A stretch of 64,000 nucleotides of DNA from positions 1 to 64,000 of the forward strand of contig QPMI01000005.1 of the NCBI GenBank assembly GCA_004431415.1, written 5' to 3'. Positions 37,001 through 50,184 of the stretch are shown here, in pieces. The notes beneath the pieces are model-generated. The model was given only the letters and a program-made list of their open reading frames with translations, did no database searches and had not been told where the DNA came from. This DNA is from Cyanophora paradoxa CCMP329. Its lineage: Eukaryota; Plantae; Glaucophyta. How positions within the stretch are numbered: the stretch's first letter is position 1; each line of letters starts with the position of its first letter. The position numbers and the translations under genes were made by a program.

Positions 37001-40000
37001 GGGGCGGGCGGGGGCGGGGCGGCGAGGGCGGGGCGGGGCGACGTGGCGAGGAACGGGGCCGGCAGAGCAGCGAGGGGCGGGGCGGGGCGGGACTAGGGGC
37101 GAGGCGGGGCGGGGCGGGGCGGGGCGGGGGGGGCCAGCGCGGCGGCAAGGGGCGGGGAGGGGCGGGGCTGCGAGGGGCGGGGCGGGGCGGGGCGGGGCGG
37201 GGGCTTCGCTCGCACATGAAGAAGGCCTCCTCGAAAAGGGAGGAGTTGACGGCGATCTTGGCGATGTCGGGGCCGTCGTAGTTGTCGAGCTGCGGGCGGA
37301 GGTCGATTAGTTGCGGGAGGTTCACCGCGTAAGGCGATTAGTTTAGTGTTCAGAGATTGGTTAGTTAGTATTAGTATTAGTCTAGTGATTGGGGGAGGGC
37401 GGAGGGCGGACCTTCTCAATGTAGTCGCGGACGCGGGTCTGGTCGGCCTTGATGGCGGTGAGGATGAGCAGGTTCTGCAGGTTGCGGATTCCCGCGAACT
37501 GCGTGCCGTAGGAGTTGAGCGATGGGTTTAGATCCCAAGCTAGGCGCGGGGTGTGGCGGAGGCGGAGGCGCCGGCTAGGCGTGCTCCCGTCCAAGAAGCG
37601 GCGGCGTCCCCCGTTCGCGGGCGGGGCGCAGAAAACAAAATGCGCGGCGCACCTGCGTGCCGTGGAGCACGAGCTTCTCGAGCAGCTCGATGAGCTCGTT
37701 GGGCAGATCGGCCGCCATGAACGCCTTCACGGCCGTCGCCACCTCCTCCGGGTTCGTCGACTCGGGCAGCGCCGTCTGCACCATCTGCGGACGCGCGGGT
37801 CGGATCGGGGCCCCGCCGCGAAGCCTACTTCGAAGCGAGCGCGGGGCGCGGGGCGCCGACGGACCTGGTCGATGACCTGGCGCCGGTAGATGTTGTCGTC
37901 CGCGAGGACATGCGCGAAGAGCGCGGCGTCCTGGCGCTCGATGAGGTACCGGGCCTGCAGCGCGCGGCGCGGTGAGCCAAACGTTGAAATAGTACGATAA
38001 GACACTGCATGGTTCTGATCTTGGAATCATGTAGTACTAGGACGGACCTGGTTCTTGAAGAGGCCGTTCTTGTTGGTGACGTCGATGAGCTCGTAGTCGC
38101 AGCGGCCGCGCTTGAAGGCGACGAACGCGAGCTGCGGGTCGCGCTTCTCGCAGTACTTGCCGACCACCAGCGAGTCGTAGAACTGCGCACGAAGGTGAAT
38201 CGGTTAGATAGAATTCGCTCGTTATCGATCTGAAGCGTATTAATTATTTGGAGCACGGAGCGCGTGTATCAGTAAAATAGGATAAGCTCTCTTTATCGAT
38301 CTAGAGCGTATTATTATTATTATTTGGCGGACCGGGTTGTTCAGCAGGAACTTCTCAGGGTCCTTGTTCGTGTCGATGTAGATCTTGGCGAGGGCGTTGT
38401 GGAGGGCCGGCTCCTTGTTGCCCTCCGCGAAGCGCTGCTCGAGCCAGGGGAGGAGGATCTTGAGGCGGTTGCGCTTCTCGCACTGCTCGACGAGGGGCTC
38501 CACGGGGCAGAGGTTGCGGACGGACATGACGACGTTGCGGATGAAGTCCTCGGGCGCGTCGGCGTCGAGGAGGGCGCCGACGACGGCCGGCGTCTGCGTC
38601 GCGTTGACCTTCTGCACGTAGAACTCGATGAACTGCTTCATGTTCGAGGAGTAGAGGTAGTGCATAAGCTCATCAACGAAGCCGTGCCGGTCGCAGACGT
38701 TGATGAGCGGGCGCGGGTCCGGCAGCTTGTTCTCCTTCAGGAAGTCCTTGATGGCGGCCGCCTCGTAGAAGGACGACTCGCGGGTCACGCGCTCGACCTC
38801 CTTCAGGTCGCCCACGCGCGTGGCGGCCATGATGTACTTGTTGTGCACGGCGGGGACCTGCGAGAAGTTGACGACGGCGCCGAGGTAGTAGTAGAGGCCC
38901 TCGTTCGAGTTGAACGACTCGAAGAGCGCGATGAGGCGGTCGGCCGTCAGCTGCTCGCTGTACTTGGTCGCGATCTGCACGGCGACCTGCAGGTTCTGCC
39001 GGATGTTGTTGTGCAGGAGCTCCTTGAGGCACTCGAGAGCCGCCTCCATAGGCAGCGTCCCGAAGTACGCCACGAGAAACTCGGGGGCGATGAACTGAGT
39101 GTTGACAATGCAGCGCTTGATGTCCGCGATCTCGCTGTAGTGCTCAAGCGCCTGAGAGCTGAGCAGTGAGCTCGAGAAGCGGGCGGGCGGGCGACAGGAC
39201 GGGCGAGGGGGCCGCTCGCACCCGCTGGTACAGGCCGGCCTTCTCGCAGAGCTGGGAGACGCGGGCGCGGTCGTAGTGCGAGAACATCTGCGGCGGGAAT
39301 CACGAAACGTGCCGAGAACCGTGGGGCGGGGCCGGCTGGCGCGCCTTGGTGTTGAGGATAGCGTCGGCGACCTGGGGCGCTGCGATGAGGTTCATCTCGA
39401 GGAGCTTGGTCTGCAGGGCGCCCTCCTCCGGCCGGTTCGCCTTGAGGGCGTCCAGCAGGAAGCTGGTGGCCTCCTGCAGGCAGTTGCGGCGCAGGAAGAC
39501 GTCGGTCACGGTGTTGTAGTCGAGCAGCGGGCCGCCCTCGCCCCCGATGAGCTTGTTCGCGAACTCCAGGCCGGCCTTCGGGTTGAAGGCAACCAGGTTC
39601 TCGAGGAGCTGCGCCCCAGGGTCAAGGTCAGAATCAGGCCGAAGGATTAGGGGGAGGAAGGGGCGGCGGCGGCACCTGGGGGTAGCCGGGGTCCACGCCC
39701 ATCTTGCGGCAGTACAGAACGACCTTGTCGTACTGGCCCGTCTCGACGAACGTCTGCACGACCTTGCGCACGGCGTTCCCCTTGACGTAGATCTGCAGCG
39801 CCATGTTCGGGTCGCTCTGCTTGACCAGGTCGCCCAGGTCCTCGCTGCACTCAAGCTGCGGGCGGCATGCGGGTCGGGCGGGGGCGCTGGGCGGGTTGGT
39901 TGGGTAGTGTGGCCGGACCTTGTCCTCCTTGAGCCACTTGTCGAGGAGGTTGGCGCGGCCCTGCATGATGACGAGCTTGGCGAGCTCCAGCGACTCGTGC

Positions 40001-41989
40001 GCGTTGAGCTTGCTCTTGTCCAGCAGCACGCCAAAGTAGACGAGCAGGGGGCTCTGCTGCCCAGGCTGCACCGGCACCTGCGAGAACTGCTGGATCGTCT
40101 GGGGCGTCCGCAGCGAGCCCTGCGGAGGCGGCGGAGGTCAGAAAGCCGTGGGACGGTGCGCGTGGGAAGGGGCGTGCGCGCCTGGGGGGCGACGGCGGCG
40201 AGCTCCGCAGCCTCCTTGAAGCGCATGGCTTGGAAGAGGTTGTTGAACTGGGCGATGAAGAGGGGCTCGGCGCCCGGCAGGTTCGCGCGCGAGGCAACCT
40301 TCAGAGCCAGCTCCGGGCTCATCATGCCCAGGTACTGGACGATGGCGCCTTCCTCGATGGAGACGCTCAGGACCTGCGCGGGGCGGGCCTCAGCAATCCA
40401 GAAAGAGAGGCGAGGACCGCGGAGGAGGCGGCGGCGCCAGCGGACCTGGCCGCGCTTGTTCACACCGATGACGCCGTCCGTCGACTCGTGCTTCGCCGTG
40501 ACGAAGATGGTGTCCATTGAGACGCGGTTCATGTAGATCTGCTGGCCGCTCTCCAGGTCGAACAGGAAGATGTAGCCGAACTTGCTGATCACGAACACAA
40601 TGCCGTACTTCTCGCTGATCTGGACGCGCGGGTAAGCAGGAGCGGAGGAAAAGGAGGGATGAAACCGGCCGGCCGGGGCGGACCTGCATGGCGACCGGGA
40701 AGTCCTGCGCGGCCTCCGGCGGGAAAACCATATCGACCGCCTTCTTGCCGAACGCCGGCACGTCCGCCGGGCGCTTCTCGCCGCCGACCTCCACCACGTG
40801 AAGCTGCGCGTCCGGGCCGGTGTCGAAAACCGAGGCGGGCGGCAGCGCGAGGAGGGAAGAGAGAGCGCGCGAACCTTGGCCCCCGTCGCGGTGCGGACAG
40901 CGAAGGAGAAGAGGAGGTAGGGGTGGGACATGCCAGTGCCCTTGAAGCTGGCGAACGCCGCGGCGTGGCCCTCGATAGGCTGGCTGACCTTCTTCTCCAC
41001 CGAGTAAAGCTGCATCTGCCCGCCGACGCGACCGCCCTCCTGCGAGCGCCCGCGCGTCAGCCCCGGAGGCGGCGGGGTCCGGACCGCCCGCCGCACCTGC
41101 GCGGCGATGCCGACAAGAACGAGCCACTGGCCGGTCGGATCCACGCGGTAGTTGATGATCTGCGAGTTTGCGAGCGACGCGTGCCTGTCGAACATCTTCA
41201 CCGGGTTCTCGGCGCCTGCGGGCGACAGGCGCATCAGCGCGGGCGCGGGGTCCGAGAGAGAGCGGCAAAAGCACCTGTCAAGCTCCAATGATACACAGCT
41301 GTCGCGGACACGAGCGCGAGCGTCGTCTGGTTGATCCACTTCCAGTACACGATGTTGTCCGTGATGGTGTACGACTTCAGCTTAGCTTTCGTGTCCAAGT
41401 TGAAGATTTGGAGAACGCCGGCCGCTAATGACCCGCAGATGCCGCGTGAGGCGCGTCGGAGGCGCGGCGAGGGCGGCAGGGAGCCAGAGAGCGCGGACCT
41501 CGGAGCGCGATGATTTTCTGGTTCGGGTCCGGGCACATGAGCGCGGACTCTGCCTTCATGGGTCTCCTAACAATCGCCGCCGGGTTGGCCTGCGCCGCAA
41601 AGCTTTCATTCGAATGTCGAAGTGTCAAGCGTGGACAGGCGCGAACTGTGTCGATGATGATGACATTGCTCTGCTCGCCCTGCTGTTCCCTGCGCGAGAA
41701 TGAGAATGCGCGAACAAAGCGCGTGCCCGCCGCCGACGCAGCAGATGGCCACACGTACCGAACGCAGATGTACTTGTCGCTCTCAAAGCTGAGCGTGCCG
41801 AACCCGATGGACGTCGGCTGAATGCCGAGGTTCACAAGCTACGAAAGGCGTGAAAGAGCCGGTAAGCAAGGGTCGTCGAGGGCGGGAGCCGTTTAACCAC
41901 ATCCCGCCAATCGCGCTGGCGCGCGAAACCCACGAGGAACTCACATTCAGCTGCTCTAGGAGCCTGATGGGCAGCGGTTGGGCCGCCAT
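34092..41989 (-). CDS. CLTC: clathrin heavy chain
   Basis: MAAQPLPI..; [11 protein letters not shown]; QIINYRVD; [20 protein letters not shown]; [15 protein letters not shown]; [20 protein letters not shown]; [16 protein letters not shown]. Met/Gly-rich tail ends at 34092. Confidence 0.98.
36905..37205. repeat. (GGGGC)n-rich intron of clathrin heavy chain, G-quadruplex-prone
   Basis: Read directly. A similar (CCCCG)n tract lies at ~48240-48290. Confidence 0.85.
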
Positions 41990-42066
41990 CTCTTCCTAAA
42001 GCCTCGCCCGCCGCACTGCTTGGCCTATACCCCCCCTTGCCAGGCGACTCGGCGGCGAAACCCGCA

Positions 42067-45000
42067 ATGGGGCGCGGCCGGCGCAATGAGAAGGCCTTCT
42101 CGTTCGTAGACGACCTCGATGCGAGCGAGGACGACGATGCTGGCATGTTCGTGAAGGCAGGGCCGACCGGGCGCCGGTGCGCATGCAGATGCGGCTGCGC
42201 TCGGTGCGCTGCGCTGCGCTGCGCAGAGGCTCAAGCAGCCTGCCGTGCGCAGGAAGGGCGGGCGCGAAGTCGAGGTCTTCATTGTCAACCCGCGCGCCAG
42301 CGCTGGCGGGCGCAGCGGGGGCGGCGGCGGCAGCGCCGCAGCCCCGCGCCTCCGCGCCCCTGCAGCGGCGATCATGCAGCTGCGCGAGCTCTTCCCCCAC
42401 ATTGAGGACAGCGTCCTCGAGGCAGTCCTCGCTGACACGGCCGGAGACGTCCACCAAGCGGCCGAGGCGCTGCTGGGGATGATGGGACCGCACGAGCACG
42501 CCAGCGAGGAGCTCCCCGCGGCGGCGGCGGGCGCGGACGCAGTGCCTTCCGCGGCCTGCAGCTCGTCTTCTTCCGCCGCGCCCGCGCGCCCAAACTCGAC
42601 GACCGCGTTCGACACTCTGCCGACCGAGGTCCGATCCAGAATTCGACGGCGGCTGCAGCGGCCAGCTGACGTGAGGGCACGCAGCTGATGCTCCGCGTGT
42701 GCTCCTTTCTGGAGCCAAGCGATTTCATAGCGATGGGCTCGGCGTGCCGCGGCCTCCGCGCCTTCATTCGCGAGGAGCTCTTTGCGAAGAAGGAGACGCT
42801 GACCGTGTCCGGACCGGCCGCGCGCAAGTGGAGGGCCGAGAAGGTCGCCGCGTTCATAGGGCATCACACCAACCTTGTGCCCGCTCTCGGACCTGTTCCC
42901 CAACCCCGTACCCCCCGCGAACCTGACAGCCGGGTACAGAGTCGCCTGTCGCTCGGCAATCTGCCACTCTCCGCGAAATCCATCGCGGCCATCAGCATGC
43001 TTCCCGCGGCCGAGCGCATCGTCCACCTCGATGTGTCCGGCTGCGGTGGCCTGACCGACGCCGCGTGAGCCGTACCCCTACCTTCCTTCGTCCCTGGTCC
43101 GCCCGCCCCGCGACCTCGAGCTCACAGTGGAGCGCAGCTTGGAAACGCTGACGTCGCACATGCTGTGCCTCGCAACTCTGGACGCATCGCGTACCCCCAT
43201 CGGCCCGGCGGGCCTGGCGGCCATCGGCTCCCGCCTGGAGGCATTGCAGCGCCTCTCGCTGGCCTCGTGCCCCCTCGTCACCGACCGCGCCGTGTCCCAG
43301 GTACCCCCCCCCCCTCTCCCTCTCTTTTTCATCCCCCTTCTCACCCCGGCGCGCAGCTCCTCTGGGCGACGCGCTCGACGCTGACGGCGCTGGACGTGAG
43401 CCGCTGCGACAACCTGACGACGGCGGCGTTCGCGGCCCTTCAGGAGACGAAGAAGGCAGCGGTGGGGCTGGCCCTGCAGGTGCACGGGACGGGACGCTGC
43501 CTCCAGCCTCAGGCCGGCTAGCTTAATGTAACATCGAACTCTGATCTCTTCATATAATATCAAACCTCCGAACGAGCTCGTCCGAACCTATCTTATACCA
43601 AACTCCCTGAATTCGTTTAAATTCTTCTTTAAACTCTTGAAAATGCATGGGACGACGCCTCCACGGCCGGCCGACCCCGCGCACTTGCGCGGCTCATTCC
43701 GAACTCCCAGGACTCTAACTAGGAACTCATTCTAATACCTATCCTAGGAAGGAGTCTAATACCTATCCAGAACTAATATCAAACCTCCGAACCTATCTAA
43801 TGCCAGACTCCCAGGAGCTCGTCGCGAACGAGCTCTTCGGCGTCAAGGGCGACCTCCGCATCCGCTGCAGGAGCCTTCGCTCGCTCTCCCTCGCCAACTC
43901 GAAGGTGTGTACCCCCCGCCCGCCGCCCGCCCGACCCGTACCCCCGCAGCCCAGCGCCCGTACGCTAAGCTAACGCCGCGCCGCGCCCCGCCCCGCCGCC
44001 AGAACCTCTTCGAGATCGATCTCGTGGAGACGCCCGAGCTGCGCGAGCTCTCCGTCGCGACCTGCAAGCAGGCGCGCGCCGCCCGCCCGCCCGCCCGCCC
44101 GCCCGCCCGATAACATTTCATTGTTTAAAGGCAAGAACAAGAACGAATGAATGAATGACTCTTTAAGATACTATCTTTAATGACTCTTTTTATTCGGTCC
44201 CTCCCTGGCTTATCCTGCAAGCAGCTGCGCGCGATCAACGCCGAGGGCGCCCCCGCCCTCTCCGTCCTCTCCGCCCCGCACTGCTTCAACCTGGCCGCCC
44301 TCTACGTCCAGGGCTGCAGGTACTGACCGTACCCCCGGCTTCTTACCCCCCCCCCCCCCCCCCCTCCTCCTCTCTCTCTTAAAGCCCGGCCCGGCCCGCA
44401 GCGCGCTGCGGGAGGTGAGCCTCTTCATGGCCCGCACGCTGGGCGACGAGGCCCTCGCCTCCCTCCTCGCCGCCGCCGCCCCCTCCCTCCGGTGCGCCTT
44501 TTTCAAGCTTCGGCCTTTATGTAAAGTCCTTAAGCTCAAGCTTCCTTAACTTCCTTAAGCCTTCCTTAATCTTAAGTCCTTAAGTTAGCTTCCTTAACTT
44601 CCTTAAGCCTCCTTAAGCTTGCTGAAGAAGCTCCCCTCGAGCAGGAAGCTGAACGCGGGGGGCCTGCGCGAGATCACGGCGCTCCGTGTCTGCCCGGACC
44701 CGGCTGTGCCCGGCAGCCTCGCGGCCCTCGAAGGTCCGAGCCAAGCCCTCTCACCCACCCGCTGCCATACATACCCCAGTGCAAGCGAGGCACGCGTGCC
44801 AGGCACGCGTGCCAGGCACACGTGCCAGGGTCTGTAGGGCGCCGCCACACCTAAGCCAACTTAAGCTATCTCTCTTCTCACCCACCCACTGCCATACATA
44901 CGTGCATTCCTCTCAGTCCGTCTGCGCTCTGAAGCCCGCGGCCCTCCCGCCCGCCCGCTTCTTTCAGAGCTCGACGTGACGGGCTGCGCCCGCCTCGTGC

Positions 45001-45344
45001 GCCTGGAGGTGTCCGCCCCGGCCCTCGTCGCCCTCCACACGGCCGGCTGCACCTCGCTCTCCACTGTGGACCTGGACCTCCCGGGGTACACCGCGCCCCT
45101 CTCGCTCGACAAGCTCCCCGCCCTCGCCTCCCTGCTCCTGTCCGCCCCGCGGATCCCGAAGCTGGTCCTCGACGACTGTGCCTCCCTCACACGCCTCCGC
45201 CTCTCCTGCGGCGCCCTCCGGACCCTCGACGTGCGGGGGACGGCCCGCCTGCCGCCCTCGGCGCTCGCGGCCGGCCGCAGGGGGATCCCCGCCAGCGCCA
45301 GCGTCCTCTCCGCCGGCAGCGCCACCTCCCTCGACCCGCTGTGA
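42067..45344 (+). CDS. CUE domain + F-box + cysteine-containing LRR protein
   Basis: IMQLRELFPHIEDSVLEAVLADTAGDVHQAAEALL (CUE, FP motif); FDTLPTE|LMLRVCSFLEPSDFIAMGSACR (F-box); HLDVSGCGGLTDA, LQRLSLASCPLVTD, ALDVSRCDNLT (LRR_CC). Confidence 0.85.
44775..44874 (+). mobile_element. short intronic dispersed element (copy 2), flanked by 26-bp direct repeats
   Basis: Same termini as 4125-4235. Flanks 44749-44774 and 44876-44901 (TCTCACCCACCCRCTGCCATACATAC) differ at one base. Confidence 0.65.
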
Positions 45345-45568
45345 TCTCCCAGGCTGTAATTACACAAATGTTCGAATTCGAATTCGAATTCTCTTTGATT
45401 CCAACTACTTGAGCAAAGCTTCAAGGCTAGGGCTTAAGAGCCGACAGTAAGAATTAAGACTGCGGAAAGGCGAGGCCAACGCTCGATAGCTTTGATTCGC
45501 AATATTAATTATAATATGCTACAAGATTAAATTTACAGGGGATGGCAAAATTGCAAGGGCGGTCATAA

Positions 45569-46804
45569 TCAGTCCTCGTCGACGTCTTCGCATGGGGCCG
45601 CGGGGGCTACGCGGAGCGGCGGGGGCAGGGCGAGGCCCATAGTGAAGAACAACGTGCCAAAATGTGCACCGGCTCGCCCCGAGAAGGCCAAATTCGTGGC
45701 CTTCTGGAGCAGAATTCGCTTGTGGAGCATGGCGTAGACGCAGGTGCTGGCGACAGCGCCCGCCGCGTTCACGTAGCGCCTGTCCAAAGCCCCACAAATA
45801 AGCTAGAGTTTGATATCTAAGCGTTCTTCAACGAGCGGGGTCTGCCACGCACCACAAAGTCGGGTCCTACAAGAACCGCGAATTCCAGAATTGACGCAGG
45901 CGAAGATAAGCGGAAAAAAGAACTCTTTCGGGCTGCCGGTCGTTAACGGCGTCAGGCATGACAAGACTCGAGAGATCTACATTCGTGGAGAAAGAAAGTG
46001 CTCGCCAGGGCCGCCCTTGCCAGGGATGCGTTGAGCGCTTCCTGCGGGAGGGCCGCGGGCCGTCAAGAGGCGCGAAAGATGCCCGATTCGCGGACCTTGG
46101 CCTCCCTCTCCCTCATCTGCACGCGGAAAGCGTCATGATCAGCGCGAGCGCCTGGAAGGCGCGGACCTTGGCCTCGTTCTCACTCACCTGAACGCGGAAA
46201 GCGTTATGCGCAGCGCGAGCCTCGGAGCGGCAGCGCATGCGTGTGACGCAGCGCGCACCTTGGCTTCCTCCTCCCTATCCTTGAGCGTTGAAAGCTTCAT
46301 GATCAGCGCGAGCGCGGGCGATGCGCCTGGAAGGCGCGGACCTTGGCCTCCCTCTCCCTCACCTGAACGCGAAAAGCGTCATGATCAGCGCGAGCGCGGG
46401 CGATGCACCTGGAAGGCGCGGACCTTGGCCTCCCTCTCCCTCACCTGAACGCGGAAAGCGTCATGCTCAGCGCGAGTGCGAGCGAAGCGCCGGCGCGGAC
46501 CTTGGCTTCCCTCTCCCTCATCTGCACGCGGAAAGCATCATGCTTCAGCACGAGCGCGAGCGATGCGCTTGCGGGCGCGGACCTTGGCCTCCTTCTCGCT
46601 CGCCTAAACGCGGAAGGCCTCATGATCAGCATAAAACCAGTAAACGAGAAGACGGCGAACCTGCAGGGCCTCAATCTCGGCCTAAAGTCGACGCAAAGGA
46701 GCGTCGTCAACCGCCAATTTACTGAAGGCCGCGCTCATGGCGAACTTCACCTTGAGATGCTCAATCAAAGCCTGTCGATTGCCGACATCATCAGGGCCCG
46801 ACAT
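45569..46804 (-). pseudogene. degenerate gene with tandem coiled-coil-like repeats
   Basis: MSGPDDVGNRQALIEHLK...RRL*AEIEALQ...DHEAFRV*ASEKEAKVRA, then about seven repeats of (D/E)HDAFRVQVREREAKVRA broken by frameshifts. In-frame TAGs at 46682 and 46604 fall where Gln is expected. Confidence 0.6.
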
Positions 46805-47118
46805 CGATCCGCTCGGCGCTAGAGGCGCGACGCCCGCTCGATGCCGCTCGATGCACGCGCGAGGCTGGCGGCCGAGAGAATTAATGCGGTCAGCTGAGCC
46901 CTGGACGCGCGCGCGCCGGTGCCGGAAAGAGGCTCGGGTGTGGTTGTGGAGAGTTCAACGTGTGTACCCCGACTGGGGAAGCAGTCTCGGCCAAACAGCG
47001 CCCGAAGGGCGAGGGCGCCGGTCGTTAAGTTCAGTCTAGGAACACGCTCGTTCGCCCTATCGATCGCGGCGTCGAACGGAGTTCGGGCGGCAGTTCGGGC
47101 GCGGCGCTCGGCTGGCTG

Positions 47119-49784
47119 ATGGAGCAGGCATCGCATGCCCCGGGCTCGCAGGTACATCCGGACCCCCAGTCCCGAGAGAAAACAGCGCTACCGCGCTCCG
47201 ACGCGCCCGCATCGGCCCGCAGGCTGGGCCGCAGCTGACCCTCCGCGCCCCTCGGCAGGCGTTCCTGACGAAAGCAACGCACACTGCGCATGGGCAGCAC
47301 AAGGGCAAGTCGAACGCTTGGAATGCCGGGACGCCCACGCAGAAGCTGCACTCGATTCTCGGATCGTCCGAAGTCGTCGACCGGGAGCGGGAGAGCGCTC
47401 TGCTGGCTATCTTCGCGCTCGCAGGTATCAAAGCTGTGCTCGTGCCGCGGATCTTCCGGGCTGAGGCCGGCCCCCTGCAGACGGGGACGAGCTGAACAGG
47501 CTGCTGTCGCGGCTGTCCCTCGCGCAGCTCCGCAAGCTCCTGGCGAAGACAGAGCGACTGAAGCACACTCGGGCTGCGCTGCTGGACATCTTCAGCGCAA
47601 AGCTCAGCTCGCTGTCCACGCGGTCGAAGCTCGCCATCGTGAAGGCGCTCCAGCATGCCGGCCTGGACCCGCTCGGCGAGTCCCTCCTGCGCGACATCTT
47701 CGTGTCCACCGAAGGCGCGCGCGCCCGCCTCGTGCTCGAATCGGCGCGCGTCCTCAGCTGAGCCGGGCGGCCCGCAGGCCACGAGCTGACGAGGCTGAAG
47801 GAGCTCGTGGACTGCGGCTCCGACGGCTCGCTGGATGCGGGGTTCTTCCACCGGGATCTGCACGAGCTGCTCTTCGTCGACGTCCAGAGCGAGGCGGTCC
47901 GCGAGGAGATCCTGACGCACATCTGGACGGAGGGCATGCGCCTGCGCGTCGCGGAGGACGCGCCGGCGCGGCGCAAGCGGAGGGACCCCGATGCCCCAGA
48001 GGCCTCCTCCGAGGGCGCCGCCGCCGCCGGCTTCGACGACGGCGAGTGGGAGGACGTGTCGACGGTCTCCGTACCCCCGCGCCCCGACGCCGCGTCCGCG
48101 GCCGCGGCGGTCTTCGCCGCCCCCGCCGGCTCGCCCCTGCAGAGCGAGGGCACGCCAAGCGCGTGGGTCAAGCGCGGCGGCAGGCGACACCGGCACATTA
48201 AGATCATAAGGTCCGCTTGGGCCCTTCCCTCCTTTTCCCGCCCCGCCCCGCCCCGCCCCGCCCCGCCCCGCCCCGCCCCGCCCCGCCCCGCCTCTTACCC
48301 GTACCCCGCCCCAGCGACATCGACGACACGCTGTATGTCGGCTGGAAGGATACGAAGTTCCCCAGGGGTACAGGTCCGTCGCGCGACCCCCGCCGCGTGC
48401 CGTCCGCCGGTTCGAGTCCCGCGCGCAGTGTACCCGGGGGTGCTGGACGTGTTCGCTGCGCTGAACTACAAGTACGAGGACCGGCACAGGCACAGGAGGT
48501 CGCCGCTGGGCATCCTGCAGCCCCGGATGCCCTCGCCCGTACCCCTTTCGGGCCCCGCGGCCCCTTCCGAGGCCGGCTCGTTCGCCTCCGCCTCCTCCGC
48601 CTCCTCTTCCTCCTGGGGCGGCTGGGTCGCCGGCTTCGTGGGCGCCGGCATCGGCCTCAGCACGCTGGGATGCATGGCTACGGCGCTCTCAGGAATCATA
48701 CAAGTCCGGAGCCCGGAGGAGGCGGCGGCGCAGGACGTGGCCTCCCTCGTGGACTTGCTGCCCGACGAGCCGCCGCCGCCGCCGCCGCCTTTGCGGGCCG
48801 ACAGCGCGCCCCGAGCGGCGGCGGAGGACGACCCCGCGGCGGCGGAGGCGGAGGCGGAGGCGGCCGCCTTTGCGGAGGAGGCTCAGGTGGCGGCGGAGGC
48901 GGCGGAGGCGGCGGCCGCGGCCGGGGACGGCGCGGCGGCGCCGTCGGCGGGCGACGTGGCGGCCGACGTGGCGCCGTTCAGCGTCACTTTCATCACGGCG
49001 CGGCCGAAGCTGGTGGGCAACCTCTTCGGCAAGGTCACGAGGCGGCTCCTGCGGCGCAAGGGCATCGCCAACGCGACCGTCCTCTCTGGAAGCATCGACG
49101 CGTGGCTCACGCCTCAACGCATGGAGAACAAGGCGAGCGAGCGCCGCCGTTTCTGTACCCCCGCACCCTTCCCCCCCCCTCTCACTCATCTCTTCCTCCC
49201 CCCCCCCCGAGCAGAAGTACTTCAACTTCGTTCGCTACCGGCAGCTGTACCCCGAGTTCGACTTCGTTCTCTTCGGGGATTCGGGACAGCGGGACATCCA
49301 GCTCTGCGAGTCGCTCCTGGGGCGGCACCGCCCCATCGTCGCAGCCGTCCTGATCCACGACGTGGTCGCCATGCCGCCCGCCGACCGCGGCGGCCTGCGG
49401 TCCCGCGGCATCGCCGTGTACGACACGTACATCGGGGCGCTGCTGGAGGCGTACCAGCTGGGACTTCTGGACCAGGCCGCCCCGCCCGACGCCGAGGACG
49501 GCGCCGCCGCGGGGCCCTCGGCGCGGCCGCACAGGGCCGTGCAGGAGCTTCTCCAGCGGACGGCCGAGTCGACGGTCGAGCAGCTTCGGGCCGTGCGCTT
49601 CGGCGACGCGGCCGTGCGGCAGGCGCGCGTCGCGGAGCACAACGCGGACATAGACCGGCTGAACGCCCTCCTGGACCCCGACCTGCGGCTCCGCCACGTG
49701 GACGCCGCAGAGCTGGCCCCCGTCGGGCCCCCCATGGACGTCGACTCCGAGCCCGCCTCCTCCAAGCACCTCGCCGTCTTCTAA
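47119..49784 (+). CDS. APP1-type (HAD-like) phosphatidate phosphatase domain protein
   Basis: SDIDDTL; VYPGVLDV; VTFITARP; YRQLYPEFDFVLFGDSGQRDI; VAAVLIHDV. Confidence 0.85.
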
Positions 49785-50184
49785 GGCCCGCCACCCCCGC
49801 CTCTCGCGTCTCCTCTCCTCGCCTCGCCTCCCCCATCCACCCTTTCCCCGCGTCGATAGCGCTAGCCTCCCGCGCTTACTGAGATATGTATGTCCAAGAT
49901 CCCTTCATGATCATGAAGCGTCAGAGTCCGCGTACTTGTTCCCGGCGCGGGTCCCAGGCACGCGCTTGTTTCAACTAGTACTTGGCGATGAAATTAGCAT
50001 GCTGCAACCGCACTTCCCAGCAACCGCATGGGACTTGGCGCTGCGCGCAGTAACCCGGACGGCGCGCAACTGACTTCAGTTGGCGGAGACGGTCCCGGGG
50101 CAGGGCGGCAAAGAAATGGAGACTGCATATGAGAAAGTATTACGATGCGCTAGCTAAGAAGAAGAGAAGTGCGCTGACGACGGT

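Noticed and set aside
34561-39650. Long plus-strand ORFs opposite clathrin (and similar antisense ORFs elsewhere)
   Set aside because: Shadow ORFs caused by very high GC3 on the true coding strand.
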